Of a stretch of 64,000 nt of DNA, positions 13,621 through 25,519 are shown piece by piece. The first letter of the stretch is position 1. Each line of letters begins with the position of its first letter. The notes under the pieces are model-generated. The model did not search any database, had not been told where the DNA came from, and saw nothing but the letters and a program-made list of their open reading frames with translations. The stretch is from Octopus sinensis (lineage: Eukaryota). A program made the position numbers and the translations under genes. The DNA is taken from the NCBI RefSeq assembly GCF_006345805.1, contig NC_042998.1, positions 131,254,001 to 131,318,000 of the forward strand, read 5' to 3'.

Positions 13621-13685
<65 letters not shown>

Positions 13686-14391
13686 TATAAAGAAACGGTT
13701 ATACCACGCCTCTCATCTACACGAAAATAACACGAACACTAAAATATCAAACGAAATTGATACAGAAACTCTTCAGAATCATAATTCTCCCAAATGGTAA
13801 ACATATGTTATTGCATAAAATTAAGAAAATATTTCAGCAATGATTAGTTGCAAACACCTTACAAAGCAATATATCGCACATATCAAGGGTGGTGTTGCTA
13901 GTACTGACATAAATTCATAGACTGCATCCCAATGTAAGCCAACGGATTAACGGACAAATGTTCACTCATTCAAAATCTACAGTCACTAACTTGCATACAC
14001 GCTGCTTCCGATCTCCGTTTTTTTTTTTTTCTGTCACCGATAGAATGGCATCTACTTTATGAATCAACAGCCTGCATAGTTTCTGTAATCATATCTACCC
14101 GATGCATTTCTGTCTCCTCATATTGTTGTCTGAAAGTGTCTTCGCCTCTTCAAAACAATAAATAATTTGACCAATCATACCTAGAACTGTTTATCTTTGC
14201 GAGTGTCTGACCATGCTAGTTGTTTTTTGTTTGACCCTCGACATTCAGCTCTGGTCACACACTCTTACCCTGTGATATACTTTGAGCAATGACCATACCT
14301 TTTACTTGTGATGCCTTATTAACTATATAGAAACGTAATGAACTTTTATTATATAACAGAACGCTGGGGGCAACACACACACACCACACAC

Positions 14392-14441
<50 letters not shown>

Positions 14442-14444
<3 letters not shown>

Positions 14445-14620
14445 CCCTTGGGGGCTGCCCAGATCGGAGCAATCTCAAGATTAATCAGCGAAATTGCGAA
14501 GATGATCTGGTTCTTGACTGATGACTGAGGGCTTCGAATGTCCCGTCCTGTGTTCTTGTGTCGTCTCCTTGGTTGTTTCATGTGTTCATGTCTTGTCATG
14601 TTGTATTTATTTTTTACTGT
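14442..14620. mobile_element. Dispersed repeat family P copy
   Basis: ttcccttgggggctgcccagatcggagcaatctcaag...gcgaaattgcgaagatgatctggttcttgactgatga...cgaatgtcccgtcc is the reverse complement of the core of the 61081-61455 copy. Confidence 0.65.
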
Positions 14621-15189
14621 TTACATATATATAAATATATATATATTTATATATATATATATATATATAATTTTAATCCAAACGGGAAACAAAAAAACAA
14701 CAACAACAATGGAACAATTACAGTATTATTATTAATAGGCGCTCAGGAAAAGGAAGCAGGGAAGGTATGGACGTTTCGAGCGGAGCTCTTCGTCGGAAAC
14801 ATAAGAAGGAAGAGAGAGGAAAGAAAGATCCCAGAGCGGGCAACAGGGAAAGAGAAAAAAAGACGATGGTGTTTACGAGTTGCACATGGTGAAAGGCGGA
14901 TGTTTACACGAAAACAGAGCAAAGTAGGTTTTTAAAGGCAAAGAGTGGAGACAAGGTTGGTAACGCAACAGATGTGTGTATGTGTGTGGAGTGTGTGTGC
15001 GTGTGCGTGTTGTGTGGTGTGTGTGAGGCGAGATGAAAAAAACAAAAAATATATATGTGTGTGTTGGTGTGTGCGTCTGTGTGTAGGCGTGTGAGGTAGG
15101 GCGAGATAGTGGTCAGCTTAGCAGACAAAGGTCAGTAGTAAGAAAAAGAAGGAAGGAGGAAGGGAGGGAGGGGGAAGGGGGGTGGGGGC

Positions 15190-16140
15190 GTATGTAGCGT
15201 GCAGCGTTTGTTTGAGTAGTAGTGTGTGTGTGTGTCCAGTGTCGTGGTGGTATAAATGGCGAGTAGATTGAATGTGTGTAAGAGTAATGTATATATTTAA
15301 GCAATGTGTGTATATGTGTGCGCCTGTGTGTAACGAAAAAAGGGGGGGGGTAAGGAAAAAGGACTCCAGCTGAGGAAGGGAAGATGGAAGAGTGGTCCCG
15401 CGGAGGCGGGCGTGGGAAAACCCAACGACACGCGACGGTCCCAGGAACGGGCGGGAGGTCTTGTCGGTTCCAAGAGCGAGGTGCCTGCGGAGCGTATGCG
15501 TACGCGAACCGGCGCAAGCGCGTGCGTGCGCGAGCCTGCGAGTATGTGCGTAAGTATGTATGTGTGGGTGTGTGTGAGTGTGTCTGTGTGTATGTCCGGG
15601 TGCAGTGTCGTCCGATGAATGTATGTGAGTATGTGTGTATGTATGTGTGTCATAGATGTATGTCCGTGTGTGTGTGTGTGTGTGTATGTTGTGAGTGTGT
15701 ATGTATGTACGTGTTGGGGTGTGGGGAAGTGTGTGTATGTGCATGTCGGTGCGCGACATACAGGTGTGTGAGTGAGTGTGTGTGTGTATGTATGTGTGAG
15801 TGTGTATGTATGTGTGTGTAGGATGCATGTATGTGTATGGGTGTATGTATGCGTGTGTGTATGTATGTGTACGTGCGTGTGTGTGTGTGTGTATGCGTGT
15901 AGGTGTGCGCGTGTGCATGCATGCATGCATGCATGTGCGTATGTGTGTGTGTGTGTGCATGTGTGTGGGGGTATATATGTATGTGCATATATGTGTGTGT
16001 GTGTGCGTACATGTGTGTGTGTGTATGCATGTGTGTGTATGTAGGTGTGTGGGCGTGTGTGTATAGGTGTATGTATGTAAGTATGTATGGGTGTGTCCGT
16101 GTATGTGTGTGTTATCGTGTGTGTAGGTAGGTGTGTGGGC

Positions 16141-16188
<48 letters not shown>

Positions 16189-16421
16189 CGTACATCTATA
16201 TGTATATTTTTATCATGTGGAACCGTTACTCCCAACATGTTTTTCCCTCTCTTTTTCGTTTCGTTCTCTCTCCATTTTTCCTCACGATCCATTCTGTCGA
16301 AGCGCGAGGCTCGAAATGTCAGAGATTTCCATTTTCCCGAGCGTCAAACGCCAGCTTTTTGTTCCCTCACATGTTGTCTGTAGATATTCACGCACACACA
16401 ACACACACCACACACACACAC

Positions 16422-16466
<45 letters not shown>

Positions 16467-16510
16467 ACACACGCACAAAACACACACACACACATTTATA
16501 TGTGTATGTA
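15190..16510. repeat. Long degenerate (TG)n/(TGTA)n then (CA)n low-complexity tract
   Basis: Direct inspection; source of many spurious His/Thr and Val/Cys ORFs. Confidence 0.9.
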
Positions 16511-16532
16511 TGAATACAAATATTTCAATTAT

Positions 16533-16725
16533 CTGACTACGGCCATGCTGGGGCACCGCTTTGGAGACGTTTATTTAGCCAAATGAATCGACCCCAGTAG
16601 TTTTTTAGGCGTGCGTTTATTCTATCAGTCTCTCCTCCCTAACTGCTAGCTTACGAGGACGTAAACCCACCAATACTGGTTATGGTTGTCAAGTAGTGGT
16701 GAGGGACAAACTCAGAAACAAAAAC
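16533..16725 (-). mobile_element. SINE family 2, 3' half with tail type A
   Basis: gactacggccatgctggggcaccgc...gaatcgaccccagtag...ttattctatcagtctc...ggacgtaaacccacca...ggttgtcaagtagtggtgagggacaaac. Confidence 0.75.
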
Positions 16726-16822
16726 ACACATGCAAATATACATATATGTATGTATGTAGTATGTATATATATATCACTCAACATATATATGTGTATGTTT
16801 ACATACATACATTCATATATGT

Positions 16823-16842
16823 ATAATAATAATAATAATAAT

Positions 16843-16888
<46 letters not shown>

Positions 16889-16897
16889 TAATAATAA

Positions 16898-16975
<78 letters not shown>

Positions 16976-16992
16976 TAATAATAATAATAATA
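16823..16992. repeat. (AAT)n microsatellite
   Basis: Direct inspection. Confidence 0.95.
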
Positions 16993-17087
16993 TTATGACA
17001 ACAAAAGAATGAATGAGACCTCGATATTATGTAAAATAGAGGAATTTATCTATAAATATAATATGTGACAATTAGTTGGTTGACAAT

Positions 17088-17420
17088 TAGTTGTATGTGC
17101 CAAAGATCCTATCATCACCATCAAAATACAGGACCAGATACTGCAACAGCTTGTATTTCAGGGGACCACAGCTCTTCAATATCCTTCCCAAATGCCTAAG
17201 AGACCTGCATGGTGTAGATGTGAGTTTCTTTAGATGTAAACTGGATCTCTTCTTGTCAGGGGTTCCAGATGAACCTACATCTCGACAGGAAACACAGATG
17301 CGGAAGGCGAGGTCGAACTCCCTTGTTGACCAAGTGCCACGTATCAGAGATGGTTTCACATATTAGTGTAGCTCATTCAACGGTGGTGCCCCAGCATGGC
17401 CGCAGCTTTCAAGCTGAAAC
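17088..17420 (+). mobile_element. 3' end of a CR1/L2-group LINE (ORF2 C-terminus plus 3' UTR)
   Basis: ORF 17091..17366 reads NSLYFRGPQLFNILPKCLRD...FRCKLDLFLSGVPDEP...RKARSNSLVDQ, a typical ORF2 C-terminus for this group, followed by ggtggtgccccagcatggccgcagctttcaagctgaaac. Confidence 0.75.
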
Positions 17421-17435
17421 ATTTTTAAGAGTTAA

Positions 17436-17560
<125 letters not shown>

Positions 17561-17994
17561 TGGTTCTTTATTAGCCACACGGGCTTGACAAAGAAAGGAG
17601 AACAAATTAAGGGAGAGCTTTTCTTTTGAAGGTTTAAAAAAATAAAAAATAAAAAAATTAAAAAAATTAAAAAATAAGAAAAAAAATAAAATAAAATAAA
17701 ATAAAATAAAAAGGGGGGGTCGATCAAAGGGATCGTAAAAGGAGAGAAAGGGCAAAAAAAAGGGGGGGTTAAAAAAAAAGGGGAGAGGAAAAAAAATTGA
17801 TCAATAGGGATCGTTATCACAGAAATGTCAATATGAAGTGTAAAGGGGGGACAGGTGAGGTACCCGTGGAAAGAAAAGCCTACGGAAAAGACCACGGTAA
17901 CCTCGGTCAATGAAGTCACATGTTATATTTCTTTTTTTTTTTTTTTTTTTTTTTTTTTTGCAAATAAGCAACTCTCTGTATTAATTTTTACGGT

Positions 17995-20900
17995 TCATAG
18001 AATCATAGTCAAGGTGGCTTCGTCATTCATACGTGCCATCCTTGCTACATTCACCCATCTTTTTTTAAAACATTCACTAGACAAAACTTGCCTCTCTACT
18101 CTCACTTTTTTCTTCAAGTGATACTTGAAGAAGTTGATGAGAGATTGACCAGAGAGGAAAGTGTTTGTCTCTAATCCTTTCAGACGCGTCCACCAGATAC
18201 ATTCTTTCGCCATAGCCACAAGTATGATAAAAATAGCTCTTCCTTCCCGTTTGAAGGAAGGAGGCGTGACGATATTAACGATAGACTCGGCTGATAAACC
18301 GACACGTCCCACACGTGACAGCAGTCGTTCGACATAAGCCCACAGGTGGGAAATTGCTGGACACTGCACGATTGCGTGCAGAGCGGTTTCGTCGCTCTGC
18401 CCGCATCTCGGGCAGGTCGGCCCCGTGTTTCTCGAGCCATGCCTATAGAGCTTATCCCGAACGGGTAGCGCTTCTCGGTAGCACCGCCAGGCCAGGGATC
18501 TCTGGAAGTTGTCCATGGGTCCCGGGCCGAAAGTCGTTGAATGAAACAGCGGGTCAGGTATTCCTCGTCGACGCCCAGGTTTGCCCCGAGCTCGTCGTCG
18601 TACCTCCCCTCCACTAATCCCCTATAGAATGCTTTGGTTGTGTTGAAGTCACTCAAGGTCGACCCGGGACGGCAGAGTTGCTTGAGAGCAACGCGACACT
18701 CGCGGTGCCATTCGCCCTTCTTCGGCTCTTTTTGATCCACGACTGTAGTTCGGTCATGGAGACGAGTTGCGGGAATGCGTGCCTCACAAACGGCGACCAC
18801 ACCTGTTCACCGTCGTCTACATAGAGCCGGAGATGTCGCAGTCTCAGCGCGTGTCTGCGCATCATCAACCACGGCATGCCCAGCCCTCCTTTTAACGGGT
18901 GTTGACAGCAAATGGATCGCCTGACCATCGGGACGCATCCTTTCCACAAGAAGCGGAAGAGGATGCGTTCTAGTTTGGTGATGGTAGGGTCGGGACAAGG
19001 TACGACGGTCAGGCGGTAGTAGATGATGGACGCGATGTACGCGTTCACCACCTCCGCCCGACCTTTTAGGGACAGTTTCCTCTCGGCCCATTGCTGGGCG
19101 AGAGTGACCACCCTACTCGTTATCTCGTTCCAGTTCTTCTCCATTTGGAGGTCCGGACCGAACCAGACCCCGAGCAACTCAACCGGGCCGTCTGTCCAGC
19201 GTCCCACGACGGACTGGTACTGGTGGACGGCATGGGTTTGCTTCTCCAGGTGCCGAGCCGCAAGCCCACTGACTTTTCCCGGTTGATTTTTGCTCCTGTC
19301 ACCGCTTCGTAGTCTTTCAGTGTCTCGCCGACCCGCTCGATGTGCTCGTGGCTTGACACTATGACGGTGACGTCGTCCGCGTATGCAGACACGCTCGTCC
19401 CGCATCCTAATTCTCGCGGGATGCCCCTCAGAGTCGCCAGCTTCCGCAGTAGTGGCTCAAGAGTCAATACGTATAGAAGCGCCGAGAGGGGGCATCCCTG
19501 ACGGACCGAACGTGCAATGTCGAAGGGTCTCGATAGATGTCCATTTACGCGAATTACCGAACGGATGCCTCTGTACAAGGCAGCTATCCAGCCGCGGAAG
19601 ACGGGACCGAAACCAGCCGCTCTCAGGACTGCCTCCAAGTATCGATGGTCTACCCTATCAAAGGCTTTCGATTGATCCAAGTTGATCAGGGCCCCACCCA
19701 TGCCAGGTTCGTTAACTACCCTGTCTATGATGTAGCGCATCAGATGGAGGTTGTCATGGATGCTCCGGCCCGGCACGGCGCACGTTTGTGCGTTGTCGAC
19801 CAGTTCTCTATGACAAGCGCCAACCTCTTGGCTAACACCTTTGTCAAAATTTTCAGGTCTGCATTGAGCAGAGTGATTGGCCTAAAGTTATCTATAATGT
19901 TTCCCTTGTTTGGATCTTTCTTCAGCAGAGTTACAGCTCCTCGACTCACAAAACCGGGTATGCTCCCGTTTTGCTGCCAGTTGCAGTATACCGCTGCCAA
20001 GACGTCTCCAAACAAGTCTGGCATACAATAGTAAAATTCGTAGGGTAGACCATCCAAACCCGGTGATTTGTCCCTCGAGCATTCTGCCATCGCTTCCCGC
20101 ACTTCCGCCGCCGTGATGGCACCTTCGCAGCACCCTGCCTTTCTTGTCGAGAGTCGTGGCAGGCTATGTAGGTAGGCACTGAAGTCTACCCTACGTTCTT
20201 GCCCTCCACTCGTCCCGAACAGTCGGGCAAAATGCTGCTGAAAGGCCTCACACATTTTACTTGGCTCGAGCAATTCGCGCCCCTGTTCATCTACCAGTGA
20301 CCGAATGGTGGCTTTGTTGCCCTGTTGCGCCTCTGCCACCCGGGCCTCTCTCGCGGCTCCAACACCTTCGTTCCTTAGAGCACGCATCCTAGCTCTGACA
20401 GCACATCCTTCGTGTTTGGCGTTGAAGTGTTGGTCGAGGGCCAACCTCGCCGCCAAAACGTCGGATGCGATGCCGCTTCTAATTGCCTCTTCTAGCTTCT
20501 TAACTAGCTCACCCTCTACTCTATTTCTATCTATGGCTAGTGCTTTGCTGTACCTAATCGCTTCTGCTTTTACTGCTCTCTTGAGGGCAAACCACCATTT
20601 GTTGTTGATGATGGCTCCCGTCAAAGCCCTCTTACTAGTGTGCTAATCCGGTCTCTGAAAACTTGTCTGGACGGGAATGATGCGTTCAGTTTCCAGTACC
20701 CAGGACCCTGTCTATGTGCCTTATCTAAGTCTAGCGTACACGTCACCAATTTGTGATCCGTGTAGCTGACTGTGTGGAATTGTGGACATCCTAAGTTATC
20801 CTTGTCTACTGTCCTACACAGTATCCTATCTAGATACGATCTCGACGACCCACTGCGGTTGCTCCATGTCCACGTTGGTGCATTTGGGTGGTCGAGTCGG

Positions 20901-21063
20901 TACCTGTCAGATAGTTGGAATCGTCTGAGCAGGTCTCTGAGGCATTTGCATCCCCTTCTGTTTCTGTCTCTACCCACGTAGTCTACATGCGTGTCCAAGG
21001 TAGCATTCCAATCCCCCACTAAGAGTAAAGGACGAGACGTTCCCAAGAATACTTCTAGACGTC
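17995..21063 (-). pseudogene. Tx1-clade ORF2 (APE-RT-zf), broken by five frameshifts
   Basis: ORFs 20621..21406, 19740..20624, 19120..19776, 18653..19405, 18180..18800 and 17995..18516 tile one continuous ORF2. Confidence 0.9.
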
Positions 21064-21111
21064 GAAGTATTCTTGGGAACGTCTCGTCCTTTACTCTTAG
21101 TGGGGGATTGG

Positions 21112-21113
<2 letters not shown>
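21006..21113. repeat. Perfect 50-bp inverted repeat with 8-nt loop at the LINE 5' junction
   Basis: 21006-21055 is the exact reverse complement of 21064-21113. Confidence 0.95.
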
Positions 21114-21162
<49 letters not shown>

Positions 21163-21341
21163 TCAAGTCAAATACAATACAATTAATAAGAGACAATAAG
21201 ACGACGTGGACAAGGAAAGTATTAGTTTGAAGCTGAGTAAAAAGAGAGAACTTTTGACGTTTCAAGCATAACGCTTCGTTGGATAGAGAAAAGGGATGCC
21301 CAAGGAAGGGAAAGAAATCGCCACCAGTACGTATATGTGTA

Positions 21342-21378
<37 letters not shown>

Positions 21379-22720
21379 CATGCGCACGCATATATATTAT
21401 GCACAATAGTTTTGCATAGTTGAGGGTTCTATTGACTAATAATCAAAATACATCACCTATACGTGTATCGGTGTGCACGTGTTTGTATATGTGTATGTAG
21501 TATGTATGTATATCCTAGCAGATACATACATAAATATATGTATTATGTATATACACACAGACCTACACATATATATTCACAAAGTTTTGCATTGCTGAGA
21601 GTTGTTGAAGAGTGCACATTAATACTGGTGACTGAAATAGAAATATAAGTATAGATAGCAATTAACGTAGTTACTGTTTGACAATACTTGTAAAAATGTG
21701 ATTATTTATTGATTACATCTTAAAGCCGAAAGAGGTCAGTCAATGAAAGAATTCACCCAAAATAACTGACCAATCACTGATCAATATATTGAGAGTGACA
21801 TTTGACTTACCCTTTTTATCCTTCATCCAATTGTTATTACTGTTCTTGTTGTTATTGCCGTTCTTGCTCTTGTTCATGTTTCACTGTGTTGCTTTGTGCT
21901 TATTGTCTCTTTTGTGGTGTGGAAGTTTGTGTATGAAAATAATGTCTGAAATGTTCATAAAGAATGGTAAATCGGTCTGCTTTCGGACATTCCTGGCTTT
22001 TATCGTATTCATAGCTGTGTGACTATGTGACCCGATCAGTACTTTACCATAAATACGTCTTTCATTCCACCTTCAACCTTACAGCTCAATTAGCAACCCT
22101 GTGAAAGGAGACATTTCTTAATTTTTTTGTATGATTTATGTTCTTATAACCGTATTCATATATTCTATATGTGTTAAGAAACAGAACGAAGGAACGAAAG
22201 TAGAATGATAGGAGGGAGTAACAGAACAGTTTGTTGTTGTTGTTTTTTTTTAGCTCCGGATCAACCCTCTTTGGTCTGACTTTGTAGTCAACAGCTTTTC
22301 ATTCGTACCATGTTTGTGGATCTCCATCGTTCAACAGTGAAATTTCAGTTGTTCAAGCAAAGGAAAGAATCAAACCGTGAATAAAACCGTGTAAATGGAT
22401 CAAACCGCGTAAATGACTGACAGAATTCCAGTAACGCCTATACTTAACATAATTCTTTGGAAGAAAATCAGCGTGACAAGCTCGTACCTTTTGAACGACT
22501 GTTACAATCCACCAGACATGATTCTATGCGGCTTCCATCCAATTTCATTCATATTTGCATAAACTGATGCCATATTCCCAAGATATCAAGCAGTAAGATC
22601 AAATTTGATAAGTAGTGATGGCAAAGTTAACTTCTTAACTATTAGGCCATACTGGGACTAATATGTATGTAGTATAATATTATCCAGAGTGTGTCTTCAC
22701 AGTGCGTGGGGCAAGAGAAA

Positions 22721-23113
22721 TCTTTATATATAAAAGAGAGGTTGTGTGCTGTCTGTCTCCTACGATTTAGATTCCTAACTACTCCCACATTTTGCGGTGC
22801 AGTTTAACCAAAACCGGGTATCTTATAGTCGTGATTCATATCGAGCCCTTCTGGGTATTAGCGCGCGTCTGCGATGAGTCTACGATTAAAAAAAAATTAC
22901 CATCAATTTTTCCCATTTTTAATGCATTTTTGGCATATATAAGGGAAGTAACTCTCTAAAAATTTATAATCAAATCTCAGAACGTAAAACGCTACAGTAA
23001 CAACCCCCCTTGTGGTTAGCCATATTGAGATGGCTATTATACTTTACATCTCTAAAAATTCTTATATAGTTATTTCCCTTACAAGCCCGAGCAACGCCGG
23101 GCGATACTGCTAG
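22721..23113 (+). mobile_element. Non-autonomous Helitron, 393 bp
   Basis: A|TC at the 5' end (22721), subterminal hairpin gcccg-agcaacgc-cgggc (23085-23102), CTAG|T at the 3' end (23110-23113), no TSD. Confidence 0.8.
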
Positions 23114-23299
23114 TTTTTATATATGTTTCTAGCAGTCTGATTAAACTACGAGGTAAATGTTCGCTTGCCCGTTATTATGTGTAAGATATACATACATTTT
23201 GTACATTCATAAATCTAGTGAAGATATTTGTATCTCTATATTCCTAGTTGGACTTCCTTACTTTCAATGCTTTTGTTATTTTTTTTCATTTTACATTTA

Positions 23300-23345
23300 C
23301 ATCTAGTTTCAGCTCACGAGCTGTGGCCATGCTGGGGCACCGCCA
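23300..23345 (-). mobile_element. Isolated tail-A sequence (LINE or SINE 3' end)
   Basis: Minus strand reads ggcggtgccccagcatggccacagctcgtgagctgaaactaga. Confidence 0.7.
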
Positions 23346-23394
23346 TTAAATTAGAAATATGGACTGCTTATGCTGTTTTTTAAGAAACGCAGTG

Positions 23395-23520
23395 AAATGG
23401 ATAGAATAAGTACTGGGCTTACAAAGAATAAGTCCCGTGGTCGAGTTGCTCTATTGAAGGCGGTGCTCCAACATGGCCGCAATCAAATGACTGAAACAAG
23501 TAAAACAGTAAAGAGTAAGA
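23395..23520 (+). mobile_element. SINE family 2, 3' half with tail type A
   Basis: gatagaataagtactgggcttacaaagaataagtcccgtggtcgag...ggcggtgctccaacatggccgcaatcaaatgactgaaacaagtaaaa. Confidence 0.8.
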
Positions 23521-23640
23521 GTATAACGTGTCTCAAGCTAAATAGTGTAATATGTACTTCCTTTCTGTTTTGATGTTAGTGCATAATTTAAAGAAGGTGT
23601 TACATCTATTTCCAGCAGGTAACATATTCATGAATATATT

Positions 23641-23820
23641 TCTTTATTGCCCACAAGGGGCTAAACATAGAGGGGACAAACAAGGACAGACAAAGGGATT
23701 AAGTCGATTATATCGACCCAGTGCGAAACTGGTACTTTATTTATCGACCCCGAGAGGATGAAAGGCAAAGTCGACCCCGGCGGAATTTGAACTCAGAACG
23801 TAACGACAGACGAAATACCT
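23641..23820 (-). mobile_element. SINE family 1, 5'-truncated, tail type B (Tx1-like)
   Basis: Family-1 body plus tail ...gtttagccccttgtgggcaataaaga. Confidence 0.9.
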
Positions 23821-23825
23821 ATTTC

Positions 23826-24051
23826 TATTTCTTTATTACCCACAAGGGGCTAAACACAGAGGGGACAAACAAGGACAGACATAGGTATTAAGTCGATTAC
23901 ATCGACCCCAGTGCGTAACTGGTACTTAATTTATCGACCCCGAAAGGATGAAAGGCAAAGTCGACCTCGGCGGAATTTGAACTCACAACGTAACGCAGAC
24001 GAAATACCGTTAAGCATTTCGTCCGGCGCGCTAACGTTTCTGCCAGCTGCC
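23826..24051 (-). mobile_element. SINE family 1, full length, tail type B
   Basis: tRNA-like head with B-box-like gagttcaaattcc, conserved body, and tail gtttagccccttgtgggtaataaag. Confidence 0.9.
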
Positions 24052-24470
24052 AGTCTTCTTCAACGTTTCGATAAATACGTCGTTTTTGTGGCTTTCTGAA
24101 GGAAGTGTGTCACAACGAAATAAACCCCATTATTAATAATTGCAGCTCACTCAATAGTATTCTAGTGTGCAAGAAATACACATTGTAAAGAAATCCACAT
24201 TAATTTTGTACTGGTACCTCTGATTCCCATCATGGAATTGACCATATTTGTTTTCATCGTTGAAGAAAGTTAAACTGACAGAATGTTTAAGTATTAAGTA
24301 GCTTAGAAATGCAAAGAGAGCAATGCCCATTAGAGAATTAAAGACACCCACTCTACTCAAAGTTTTTTTGGGAGATGGGGCTTCCACATTACAGAACATG
24401 TTTGATTCTCTTATGGCAGAGTGGTGTTTCACCATGACCGCAGCAGCATGGCTGAAGGGAGTAAAAGAGC

Positions 24471-24534
<64 letters not shown>

Positions 24535-24562
24535 AGAGAGAGAGAGAGAGAGAGAGAGGGGG

Positions 24563-24602
<40 letters not shown>

Positions 24603-24743
24603 CCATTTGCTAGTATCCATGCGTGAGTGTACTATGTATGTGTGTCTGTGTGCATATTCTCACACATTCACTTTCACACACACATACACACGCATTGCGC
24701 GTGCATAATTCTATGCATATTTTTGTATCTACTTATATATGTT

Positions 24744-24829
<86 letters not shown>

Positions 24830-25068
24830 TGTGTGTGTATGTAATATGTATATATGTATATACATATATATATGTATATATGTATGTATATATATATGTA
24901 TATATATATATGTATATGTATGTATACATGTATACATGTATATATATATATATGTGTATATATATATACATACATATATACATATATATATATACATACA
25001 TATATACATATATATATATACATACATATATACATACATATATACATATAAAAAATATATATATATAT

Positions 25069-25102
<34 letters not shown>

Positions 25103-25415
25103 ATATATATATGCATACACACGCATATATATGTAAATATATAGTTATGTGTATATACATACATATATACATACGTACATACATATACACACGGACACAT
25201 TCAAATGTTAGACTTTCTCAGATGAGAGTTCTCATTGTATAGTCTAAAGTATATTGTTTACTTACTCTGAATTTTGACTCTTTTCCTCGCAACTCAACTA
25301 GGACGAACATTTCCCAGTTGAAAACTGAAGGAGCATGAAACTCAATTTTCGAGAAAGAGGATTCAGTTTATGTAAACAATATAGACATATTTAGACAGAC
25401 AGACAGACACAGATG

Positions 25416-25483
<68 letters not shown>

Positions 25484-25484
25484 C

Positions 25485-25519
<35 letters not shown>

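Larger units (their letters stand above)
17561..21113 (-). mobile_element. 5'-truncated L1/Tx1-clade LINE, about 3.5 kb, with complete 3' UTR
   Basis: Consecutive minus-strand ORFs give an AP endonuclease C-half (LLLVGDWNATLD, SDRYR, TW..., SYLDRI, YTDHKLV, GPGYWKLN), an RT (KSPGLDGLPYEFY, NFRPITLLNADLKIL, LDQSKAFDRV, VRQGCPLS, AYADDV) and a zf-RVT region (CPRC...ETALHAIVQC). AATAAA lies at 17572-17567. Confidence 0.95.

Noticed and set aside
18315-20646. Plus-strand and alternative-frame ORFs overlapping the Tx1 LINE
   Set aside because: Shadow ORFs of the GC-rich LINE coding sequence.
23826-24051. tRNA genes suggested by A-box and B-box motifs
   Set aside because: These are SINE heads attached to repeat bodies, with no complete cloverleaf.
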